DNA of 64,000 nucleotides from Giardia intestinalis (Eukaryota): NCBI GenBank assembly GCA_000002435.2, contig CM018792.1; one strand, 5' to 3'. Shown piece by piece: positions 39,339 to 48,718 of this stretch (position 1 is its first letter; each line of letters starts with the position of its first letter). The notes under the pieces were generated by a model. It saw only the letters and a program-made list of their open reading frames with translations, ran no database searches and was not told where the DNA came from. The position numbers and the translations under genes were made by a program.

Positions 39339-41157
39339 GCTGTACAGTGATAGTGATAGTGATAGTGCTATGTGGTGTGGGGGTGATAGTGGTGGTGTGG
39401 GACTTTTCTTCATGGGCGGGTGCTACAAGACAGAGAGTCAGCCCGGCAGTGACATATGCACAGCAGCCAGTAATGGAGTATGCACTACTTGTAAGGCAGA
39501 TAACGGCCTGTTCAAGAACCCAGTTACACCTCAGAAGCCTGGTAGCGAGTGCATCCTGTGCTCTGATACTAAGGGAGCAGATGGATATACGGGGGTGGCC
39601 AACTGCCTCAAGTGCACAGAACCAACTAATAGTCCAGGAGCTGCCACGTGCACTGAGTGTCAAGAGGGGTACTATAAAGAGAATAACGAATGCAATCAGT
39701 GTGATCAGTCCTGTCTGACTTGCAGTGGAAGTGGTCCGAATCATTGCACATCCTGTAAGGAGGGGAAGTATCTGAAAAGCGATAATACCTGTTCACCTAC
39801 ATGTGAAGGAAACACTTATGCTGACCCTGTGACAAGGACATGCAAGGAGTCTGGTATAGCAGATTGCACCGCGTGTGAGTACAACACGACTGTCAGCAAG
39901 CCCCAGTGCACCGCCTGTAACAATAAGAAGGTGAAGACAGAGCTGGATGGGACAACCACTTGCGTCGATGATGCTGGGTGCGCAACAGATAACGTCGACG
40001 GATCCCACTTTCTGAGTGATGATAGCACCAAGTGCATATTATGCAGTGATACAACAACAGGAACAGAAGCAAACGACAAGGGGATTGCTAATTGTAAAAC
40101 GTGTAAGAAGAACGGAGCCAAGCCGACCTGCTCAGCTTGCCTCGACGGATACTTTGGTTCTGATACATGCACAGCTTGCGGTGCCAACTGTGCTACATGC
40201 TCTGCTGCTGGCAATGATCAGTGCACTAAATGCAAGCCTGGATTCTTCATGAAACAACCCGGCTCTACTGGTGAGTGTGTTGCTTGCGACAGTAAAGCCG
40301 ACAATGGCATCGAGGGATGCAGTGCATGCACAAACGATGGCGGTGCTTTCAAGTGCACCGATTGCAAGCCCAACTATCGCAAGGAGGGCAGTACTGGCTC
40401 TGTCACATGCACCAAGACCTGTGAAGATGATACTACCTGTGGTGGTACCTCTGGCGCCTGTGATGCCATGATAATAGATGATCAGGGCACCACAAAGCAC
40501 TATTGCTCATACTGTGGGGATAGTTCACAAGCTCCTATCGATGGTCTCTGTGCTACTGATAAGAATGGGAATACTTGTACCAATAATGTCTGTACATCAT
40601 GTACTCAAGGGTACTTCTTGTACATGGACGGCTGTTATAGTACTCAGAGTCAACCTGGTAACCTCATGTGCAAGACAGCTAACAACGGGGTCTGTACAGC
40701 CGTTAATGAGAATAATAAGTACTTCATAGTACCAGAAGCAAAGCCTACTCAGCAGTCTGTACTAGCATGTGGTAACCCATTAGGCACACTAGTAGATACT
40801 AAGGCATATGTGGGGGTGGATGGCTGCTCCCAGTGTACAGCCCCAACAGCTCCATCTGAGGGTGGCATGACCCCCGCTGTGTGTACCTCCTGTGACAGTG
40901 GTAAGAAGCCCAACAGGGATGGCACTGGGTGTGTGACATGCTCTGACACCAACTGCAAGAGCTGTGCGATGGACGGTGTGTGTGGGGAGTGCAACAGTGG
41001 CTTCAGTCTAGACAATGGCAAGTGCGTGTCCACTGGCGCCAACAGGAGCGGGCTCTCCACGGGGGCCATCGCGGGCATCTCCGTCGCCGTGGTCGTCGTC
41101 GTGGGGGGCCTCGTGGGCTTCCTCTGCTGGTGGTTCGTGTGCAGGGGGAAGGCGTGA
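39337..41157 (+). CDS. vsp: VSP-homologous ORF lacking signal peptide (5'-truncated VSP cassette/likely pseudogene)
   Basis: Its ATG lies inside the conserved 3' flank (GTGAATGCTGTACAGTG) of the upstream VSP. It reads MLYSDSDSDS through a (GATAGT)n repeat into a mid-ectodomain GGCY module. The 3' end is complete: TM, CRGKA, TGA and the poly(A) signal. Confidence 0.55.
   Translation: MLYSDSDSDSAMWCGGDSGGVGLFFMGGCYKTESQPGSDICTAASNGVCTTCKADNGLFKNPVTPQKPGSECILCSDTKGADGYTGVANCLKCTEPTNSPGAATCTECQEGYYKENNECNQCDQSCLTCSGSGPNHCTSCKEGKYLKSDNTCSPTCEGNTYADPVTRTCKESGIADCTACEYNTTVSKPQCTACNNKKVKTELDGTTTCVDDAGCATDNVDGSHFLSDDSTKCILCSDTTTGTEANDKGIANCKTCKKNGAKPTCSACLDGYFGSDTCTACGANCATCSAAGNDQCTKCKPGFFMKQPGSTGECVACDSKADNGIEGCSACTNDGGAFKCTDCKPNYRKEGSTGSVTCTKTCEDDTTCGGTSGACDAMIIDDQGTTKHYCSYCGDSSQAPIDGLCATDKNGNTCTNNVCTSCTQGYFLYMDGCYSTQSQPGNLMCKTANNGVCTAVNENNKYFIVPEAKPTQQSVLACGNPLGTLVDTKAYVGVDGCSQCTAPTAPSEGGMTPAVCTSCDSGKKPNRDGTGCVTCSDTNCKSCAMDGVCGECNSGFSLDNGKCVSTGANRSGLSTGAIAGISVAVVVVVGGLVGFLCWWFVCRGKA
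39349..39366 (+). repeat. (GATAGT)3 hexanucleotide microsatellite in VSP spacer (second copy 44914..44931)
   Basis: gatagtgatagtgatagt. It keeps the reading frame and encodes SDSDSDS. Confidence 0.8.
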
Positions 41158-41181
41158 CTTGGGTAGTGAATGCTGTACAGT

Positions 41182-41231
41182 GGGTGATAATGGGTGATAG
41201 AAGGTGATAGAGGGTGATAGTGGAGTGAGAT
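41182..41231 (+). repeat. GGTGATA(R) short tandem repeat block in VSP spacer (copies at 43015..43064 and 46723..46772)
   Basis: gggtgataatgggtgatagaaggtgatagagggtgatagtggagtgagat. The repeat is G-rich and imperfect, with 4-5 units. Confidence 0.75.
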
Positions 41232-41310
41232 ATGCACACAGGCTAGTGATGGACTGTGCACTGCTTGTAAGGCAGCTAACCAGTACATATTCCAGAACAG
41301 GGCAGAGAGG

Positions 41311-42990
41311 GTGACCCCTGGTGGGGAGTGCATCCTCTGTCATGATGCCACGGGAGCGAATGAGAACAAAGGAGTGGCTAACTGCCTCAAGTGCACGGCA
41401 CCAGCTAATAGTCCAGGGGCTGCCACGTGTACTGAGTGCATGTCTGGCTTCTCAGGAGACTCGTGTGCTACTCAATGCGGAGGAGACTGTGCCGCCTGTG
41501 ATAAGAGTAACCAAAATCAGTGCACCTCTTGTAAGACTGGGAAGTACCTGAAAGAGAATCAATGTGTGGAAAAAAGTGCATGTAACAACAATCACTACCC
41601 CGATGACACTAGCATGACCTGCGTCGCCTGTAGCACCATACAAGATTGCACAGCATGCACAATGGACCAGTCCACGGGGAAGCCAAAGTGCACTAACTGC
41701 GGTGCCAGTAAGATCCCCAGGACGACTCTCGACGGAACCTCGACCTGCGTGACAAAAGGGTATGATCAGTGTCAAGGCACAGATAAGGAGCTGTTCATGA
41801 AGGAGGACCAATCGGCGTGCTTATTATGCGGAGACAATACTGAGGATACATCTGAGTCCAATAAAAACCAGGGAACTCCTAATTGCAAGACCTGTACCAA
41901 GACAGCATCCACTAAACCGGTCTGTGAGACGTGCAAGGATGGCTTCTTCTTTAATACTGGTGATAAGACATGTACAAACAAGTGCGATGCCACCTGCAAG
42001 ACGTGCTCTGCTGCTACAGATGCTAACCGATGCTTAACTTGTATGCCCGGATACTTCCCCATCGATAGTACAGATCAACAAGGGAAGAAGTGCGTCCCAT
42101 GCGATAGTGTGGACGACAAGGGTCGCGAAGGGTGCAGTGTCTGCTCTAACAATGGTGGATTCAAGTGTACTGAATGTAAGGTGAACTATAAGAAGCAGTC
42201 CAATGGAGATGCAGGGGATGACTATACATGTGTGAAGACTTGTGAAGACCCCACGGCTTGTGGTGGGACCTCTGGCGCCTGCGATGCTATAGTAATCGAC
42301 AATGATGGAGTAGAGCATCATTACTGTTCTTATTGTGGAAATCAAGGAGATGTACCAATCAATGGTATATGCACCAGCTCACTTGCAAGTAATACCTGCG
42401 CCGATGGTGTCTGCAAGTCTTGTGCTCAAGGGTACTTTATGTATATGGGAGGGTGCTATGATGTGTCGAAGGCTCCTGGTAGTCACATGTGCAAGAAAGC
42501 AGATAACAATGGGATATGCACAGAGGCGGCAAGTAATAGGTACTTCGTAGTCCCTGGGGCACAGACCACTGATCAGTCTGTATTAGCCTGTGGCAACCCC
42601 CTAGGCACACTAGTAGGCACTCAAGGTACCGCTAAGGCATACGTGGGGGTGGATGGCTGCTCACAGTGCACAGCCCCAGCAGGTCTGTCTGAGGGTGGCA
42701 TGACCCCCGCTGTCTGTACCTCCTGTGACAATAGTAAGAAGCCCAACAAGGATGGCAGCGGGTGTGTGCTGTGCTCTGACACCAACTGCAAGAGCTGTGT
42801 GATGGACGGTGTGTGTGGGGAGTGCAACAGTGGCTTCAGTCTAGACAATGGTAAGTGTGTGTCCTCTGGCGCCAACAGGAGCGGGCTCAGCACGGGCGCC
42901 ATCGCGGGGATCTCCGTGGCTGTCATCGCTGTCGTGGGGGGCCTCGTGGGCTTCCTCTGCTGGTGGTTCGTGTGCAGGGGGAAGGCGTGA
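41311..42990 (+). pseudogene. vsp: VSP cassette without start codon or signal peptide (in-frame homology begins ~41227 inside GGTGATA-repeat spacer)
   Basis: There is no in-frame ATG before an internal CMSGF. Upstream in-frame codons read ...ICTQASDGLCTACKAANQYIFQNRAERVTPGGECILC, which is the same module as the start of the 43060 cassette. The 3' end is complete, with CRGKA and the poly(A) signal. Confidence 0.55.
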
Positions 42991-43059
42991 CTTGGGTAGT
43001 GAATGCTGTACAGTGGGTGATAATGGGTGATAGAAGGTGATAGAGGGTGATAATGGAGT

Positions 43060-44889
43060 GTGATATGTACAGCAGCCAGTGATGGAGTGTGCACTGCTTG
43101 TAACACAGCTAACCAGTACATATTCCAGAACAAGGCTACGACAGTGACCCCTGGTGGGGAGTGCATCCTCTGTCATGATGCCACGGGAGCGAATGAGAAC
43201 AAAGGAGTGGCTAACTGCCTCAAGTGCACGGAACCAAGTGGTAGTCCAGGAGCTGCCACGTGTACAGAGTGTCAAGCAGGGTACTATAAAGATGGTAACG
43301 GTGCATGTGTCAAATGTAATGAAGCTTGTCTGACTTGCAGCGGTGAGGGCGCAACTAAGTGCACCCTCTGTGCGGGCGAGAAGTATCTCGATGGGAATAA
43401 TTGTGTAGATGCTAGCAGTTGTAATGGAGATAAGTACCCCAACCCAAGCACTGGGAAGTGCACAGCTTGTAACGCTGGAGCAGATCAGGGGGGCATACCA
43501 GAGTGCACTGCTTGCACGTACAATGCAAAGCTACAGAAGCCGGTGTGCAGTGCCTGTAACGGTAAGAAGGTGAAGACAGAGCTGGATGGGACAACAACCT
43601 GTGTCGATGATGCTGGGTGCAAAAAAGACAGCACACACTTTGTTGACGATGATAATACTATGTGTGTTCTGTGCAGCGATACCAGCGGAAACGAGCCAAA
43701 TAAGAACAAGGGACTCAAAGGCTGTAAGGCATGTACTAAGCAGTCCAGTAGTCCCCCCACGTGTACCGGATGCTTACCCGGATATTACGATTCCGGCTCG
43801 TTTGTTTGTGAGCTCTGCACAGGGAACTGTGCCACCTGCGAAGGTGCTAATGCTAACCAGTGCCAAACCTGCAAGCCGGGATACTTCCTGAAAGGAGGCC
43901 AAGCACCTGCGGAGTGTGTCGCCTGTGATAGCACCGCCGATAACGGAGTCCCCGGCTGCGCAACATGCACCTTTGATACCATACTAACATGCGACTCCTG
44001 CAAGCCCGACTACAAGCTAACAGGGACTGGGTGTCAAAAGGTCTGTGAGGACACAACGGGGTGTGGTGGTACCTCTGGCGCTTGTGATGCCACAGTGATC
44101 GATGCTAATGGAAAGGAGCTTCACTACTGTTCCTATTGTGGAGAGAGTGGTAAGTATCCTATCGATGGGAAGTGTGTTGATAACGCTCAAAGTAATCAAT
44201 GCGCTGATGGTGTATGTACACAGTGTGCTCAAGGGTACTTTATGTACATGGGCGGGTGCTATAGCACTACCAATGCTCCTGGTAAGTCCATGTGCAAGAC
44301 AGCTGAAGGTGGCAAGTGCACAGCTGCTAATGAGAATAATAGGTACTTCGTAGTACCAGGGGCATCCAACACTGATCAGTCTGTACTAGCATGTGGTAAC
44401 CCATTAGGCACACTAGTAGGCACTAGTAATACTGCTAAGGCATACGTGGGGGTCGAGGGCTGCTCACAGTGTACGGCCCCAGCAGCTCTGTCTGATGGTG
44501 GTATGACTGCTGCTATATGCACTTCTTGTGACAATAGTAAGAAGCCCAACAAGGATGGCAGTGGGTGCTTCACATGTACCATCGATGGATGCTCGCACTG
44601 CAATAGAGACAACATGTGCGAGGCATGTAGTGATGGTAAGAAGGTGAGCCCTGGGAGGAAGTCATGCGTGGATGGCTGCCCCAGCAACTCCACTGATGAT
44701 AACTCTGTCTGTGTGTGCAACGATGGGTACAGCCCTGATGATGCTGGGGCCTCCTGTGTGTCCTCTGGCGCCAACAGGAGCGGGCTTTCCACGGGGGCCA
44801 TAGCGGGGATCTCCGTCGCTGTCATCGCTGTCGTGGGGGGCCTCGTGGGCTTCCTCTGCTGGTGGTTCATATGTAGAGGGAAGGCGTGA
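43060..44889 (+). pseudogene. vsp: VSP cassette without ATG or signal peptide
   Basis: The ORF is bounded upstream by a TAA and begins at a GTG. It starts SVICTAASDGVCTACNTANQYIFQNKATTVTPGGECILC. The 3' end is complete (CRGKA plus ACTTAGGTAGTGAAT). Confidence 0.55.
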
Positions 44890-44901
44890 CTTAGGTAGTG
44901 A

Positions 44902-46698
44902 ATGCTGTACAGTGATAGTGATAGTGATAGTGCTATGTGGTGTGGGGGTGATAGTGGTGGTGTGGGACTTTTCTTCATGGGCGGGTGCTACAAGACAGAG
45001 AGTCAGCCCGGCAGTGACATATGCACAGCAGCCAGTAATGGAGTATGCACTACTTGTAAGGCAGATAACGGCCTGTTCAAGAACCCAGTTACACCTCAGA
45101 AGCCTGGTAGTGAGTGCATCCTGTGCTCTGATACGACAGATAGAAACGGGGTCATGGGAGTCGCTGGATGCTCAGAATGCTCCCACACGGGCACTAGCGG
45201 ACCGGCCACGTGTACAGAGTGTCAAGCAGGGTTCGTTACGAAGGACAGTGCATGTGTGAAGTGCGGAGACGGCTGCTCTGCTTGCTCAGCTGATACTCCG
45301 ACTCAGTGTACCGCCTGCGTTGAGGGGAAGTACTTGAAGGGTGGTAACACTTGTGTAGATGCTGGTGGATGTGACAATGGTAACTATGCGGACAAGAAGA
45401 CCTGGACCTGTAAGGCCTGCAGTGAGATACAAGGATGCACCGCGTGTGCATACGACGACGCCACGGGAAAGCCGAAGTGCACCGACTGCGGTAGTAAGAC
45501 GGTCAGAGACGAGCTGGATGGGACAACGACCTGTGTTGATGAGGCCGAGTGCAAAGTGGGCAAGACGCACTTCTACGACGCCTCGAAGTGCGTGCAGTGC
45601 GGCGACAATGGTAAGGGCGGAGTCCAGAACTGCAAGCTGTGCACCGCAAAAGGCACCTGCGAGGCTTGTGTCGACGGGTATAAAGTCAACGGAAACGCCT
45701 GCGAGGCCTGCACAGGAAACTGCGCAGAGTGCGGAACAGCGGGTCAAATCAACACATGTACAAGATGCATGCCGGGGTACTTCCTTAAGGATGGCCCGCC
45801 TAAGACATGCGTTCTCTGTGATGACGAGACAAGTGGGATTCCAGGCTGTGCCGAGTGCACAGGCGGCGTGGGGTCCCTCAAATGCACTGAATGTAAGCCC
45901 AACTACAGACCCAGCGGAGAACCTAGCGACCTCACATGTACAAAGACCTGCGAGGATGAGACGGCGTGTGGGGGTACCTCTGGCGCTTGTGATGCCACAG
46001 TGATCGATGCTAATGGAAAGGAGCTTCATTACTGTTCATACTGTGGAGAGAGTGGTAAGTATCCTATCGATGGGAAGTGTGTTGATAATGCTCAAAGTAA
46101 TACTTGTAACAACCATGTATGTACATCATGTGCTCAAGGGTACTTCTTGTATATGGGAGGTTGTTACAAGGTTGATACAGTACCTGGCAACTATATGTGC
46201 AAGGCATCAAGTAAGGAGGGGATATGCACAGAGGCAGCCAACAATAGGTACTTCGTAGTCCCTGGGGCACAGACCACTGATCAGTCTGTACTAGCATGTG
46301 GTAACCCATTAGGCACACTAGTAGGCACTCAAGGTACCGCTAAGGCATACGTGGGGGTGGATGGCTGCTCACAGTGCACAGCCCCAGCAGGTCTGTCTGA
46401 GGGTGGCATGACCCCCGCTGTCTGTACCTCCTGTGACAATAGTAAGAAGCCCAACAAGGATGGCAGCGGGTGTGTGCTGTGCTCTGACACCAACTGCAAG
46501 AGCTGTGTGATGGACGGTGTGTGTGGGGAGTGCAACAGTGGCTTCAGTCTAGACAATGGTAAGTGTGTGTCCTCTGGCGCCAACAGGAGCGGGCTCAGCA
46601 CGGGCGCCATCGCGGGCATCTCCGTCGCCGTGGTCGTCGTCGTGGGGGGCCTCGTGGGCTTCCTCTGCTGGTGGTTCGTGTGCAGGGGGAAGGCGTGA
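44902..46698 (+). CDS. vsp: VSP-homologous ORF lacking signal peptide (second copy of the MLYSDSDSDS-type cassette; divergent middle)
   Basis: Its first 78 aa are identical to the 39337 ORF. Its last ~60 aa are near-identical. The central portion differs. ATG sits in the conserved 3'-flank motif of the previous unit. Confidence 0.55.
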   Translation: MLYSDSDSDSAMWCGGDSGGVGLFFMGGCYKTESQPGSDICTAASNGVCTTCKADNGLFKNPVTPQKPGSECILCSDTTDRNGVMGVAGCSECSHTGTSGPATCTECQAGFVTKDSACVKCGDGCSACSADTPTQCTACVEGKYLKGGNTCVDAGGCDNGNYADKKTWTCKACSEIQGCTACAYDDATGKPKCTDCGSKTVRDELDGTTTCVDEAECKVGKTHFYDASKCVQCGDNGKGGVQNCKLCTAKGTCEACVDGYKVNGNACEACTGNCAECGTAGQINTCTRCMPGYFLKDGPPKTCVLCDDETSGIPGCAECTGGVGSLKCTECKPNYRPSGEPSDLTCTKTCEDETACGGTSGACDATVIDANGKELHYCSYCGESGKYPIDGKCVDNAQSNTCNNHVCTSCAQGYFLYMGGCYKVDTVPGNYMCKASSKEGICTEAANNRYFVVPGAQTTDQSVLACGNPLGTLVGTQGTAKAYVGVDGCSQCTAPAGLSEGGMTPAVCTSCDNSKKPNKDGSGCVLCSDTNCKSCVMDGVCGECNSGFSLDNGKCVSSGANRSGLSTGAIAGISVAVVVVVGGLVGFLCWWFVCRGKA

Positions 46699-46851
46699 CT
46701 TGGGTAGTGAATGCTGTACAGTGGGTGATAATGGGTGATAGAAGGTGATAGAGGGTGATAGTGGAGTGAGATATGCACACAGGCTAGTGATGGACTGTGC
46801 ACTGCTTGTAAGGCAGCTAACCAGTACATATTCCAGAACAAGGCTACGACA

Positions 46852-48531
46852 GTGACCCCTGGTGGGGAGTGCATACTGTGCCATGATGCCACGGGAGCGA
46901 ATGAGAACAAGGGAGTGGCTAATTGCCTCAAGTGCACGGCACCAGCTAATAGTCCAGGGGCTGCCACGTGTACTGAGTGCATGTCTGGCTTCTCAGGAGA
47001 CTCGTGTGCTACTCAATGCGGAGGAGACTGTGCCGCCTGTGATAAGAGTAACCAAAATCAGTGCACCTCTTGTAAGACTGGGAAGTACCTGAAAGAGAAT
47101 CAATGTGTGGAAAAAAGTGCATGTAACAACAATCACTACCCCGATGACACTAGCATGACCTGCGTCGCCTGTAGCACCATACAAGATTGCACAGCATGCA
47201 CAATGGACCAGTCCACGGGGAAGCCAAAGTGCACTAACTGCGGTGCCAGTAAGATCCCCAGGACGACTCTCGACGGAACCTCGACCTGCGTGACAAAAGG
47301 GTATGATCAGTGTCAAGGCACAGATAAGGAGCTGTTCATGAAGGAGGACCAATCGGCGTGCTTATTATGCGGAGACAATACTGAGGATACATCTGAGTCC
47401 AATAAAAACCAGGGAACTCCTAATTGCAAGACCTGTACCAAGACAGCATCCACTAAACCGGTCTGTGAGACGTGCAAGGATGGCTTCTTCTTTAATACTG
47501 GTGATAAGACATGTACAAACAAGTGCGATGCCACCTGCAAGACGTGCTCTGCTGCTACAGATGCTAACCGATGCTTAACTTGTATGCCCGGATACTTCCC
47601 CATCGATAGTACAGATCAACAAGGGAAGAAGTGCGTCCCATGCGATAGTGTGGACGACAAGGGTCGCGAAGGGTGCAGTGTCTGCTCTAACAATGGTGGA
47701 TTCAAGTGTACTGAATGTAAGGTGAACTATAAGAAGCAGTCCAATGGAGATGCAGGGGATGACTATACATGTGTGAAGACTTGTGAAGACCCCACGGCTT
47801 GTGGTGGGACCTCTGGCGCCTGCGATGCTATAGTAATCGACAATGATGGAGTAGAGCATCATTACTGTTCTTATTGTGGAAATCAAGGAGATGTACCAAT
47901 CAATGGTATATGCACCAGCTCACTTGCAAGTAATACCTGCGCCGATGGTGTCTGCAAGTCTTGTGCTCAAGGGTACTTTATGTATATGGGAGGGTGCTAT
48001 GATGTGTCGAAGGCTCCTGGTAGTCACATGTGCAAGAAAGCAGATAACAATGGGATATGCACAGAGGCGGCAAGTAATAGGTACTTCGTAGTCCCTGGGG
48101 CACAGACCACTGATCAGTCTGTATTAGCCTGTGGCAACCCCCTAGGCACACTAGTAGGCACTCAAGGTACCGCTAAGGCATACGTGGGGGTGGATGGCTG
48201 CTCACAGTGCACAGCCCCAGCAGGTCTGTCTGAGGGTGGCATGACCCCCGCTGTCTGTACCTCCTGTGACAATAGTAAGAAGCCCAACAAGGATGGCAGC
48301 GGGTGTGTGCTGTGCTCTGACACCAACTGCAAGAGCTGTGTGATGGACGGTGTGTGTGGGGAGTGCAACAGTGGCTTCAGTCTAGACAATGGTAAGTGTG
48401 TGTCCTCTGGCGCCAACAGGAGCGGGCTCAGCACGGGCGCCATCGCGGGGATCTCCGTGGCTGTCATCGCTGTCGTGGGGGGCCTCGTGGGCTTCCTCTG
48501 CTGGTGGTTCGTGTGTAGAGGGAAGGCGTAG
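46852..48531 (+). pseudogene. vsp: VSP cassette without ATG or signal peptide; 559-aa product identical to the 41311..42990 cassette
   Basis: Protein identical to the cassette at 41311. The DNA differs only by synonymous changes in the first ~80 nt and the last ~20 nt, and the stop is TAG rather than TGA. It is the terminal unit of the array. The poly(A) signal ACTTAGGTAGTAAAT is at 48536..48550. Confidence 0.55.
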
Positions 48532-48718
48532 ATGTACTTAGGTAGTAAATGCGTCGACCGTGTTCAAGCTGTCAGGTGTTGTGGCATATACTTGTGAAGC
48601 TCGTCTGGTACTGGGATTTATAGACTTCCATCTAATTACCACGAACAGATAAATTTCTAAAAAACTCGCCGCTTGGGACTTCGAGGCTTTTATTAGTTAG
48701 CTTAGGCATTTCTAGGCA

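Larger units (their letters stand above)
44890..48531 (+). repeat. large direct repeat: two-cassette unit duplicating 39325..42990 (3' ~1.83 kb 41158..42990 vs 46699..48531 ~99% identical)
   Basis: The period is 5541 bp, the distance between 41311 and 46852. The flanks and 3' cassette are shared. The middle portion of the first cassette has diverged. Confidence 0.8.

Noticed and set aside
39337-39420. MLYSDSDSDSAMWCGG... taken as a genuine VSP N-terminus.
   Set aside because: It is a translation of the conserved 3'-flank ATG plus the GATAGT microsatellite, not a signal peptide. The same ATG terminates after 5-6 codons behind other units.
37039-48467. Dozens of 60-550 aa ORFs on the minus strand and in off-frames across the VSP array, many recurring (for example ...HAFPLHTNHQQRKPTRPPTT..., ...GSPRGPPRRRPRRRR...).
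   Set aside because: They are antisense or off-frame readings of the highly repetitive, codon-biased VSP coding sequence. They recur only because the underlying VSP DNA is duplicated, and they carry no independent start or motif evidence.
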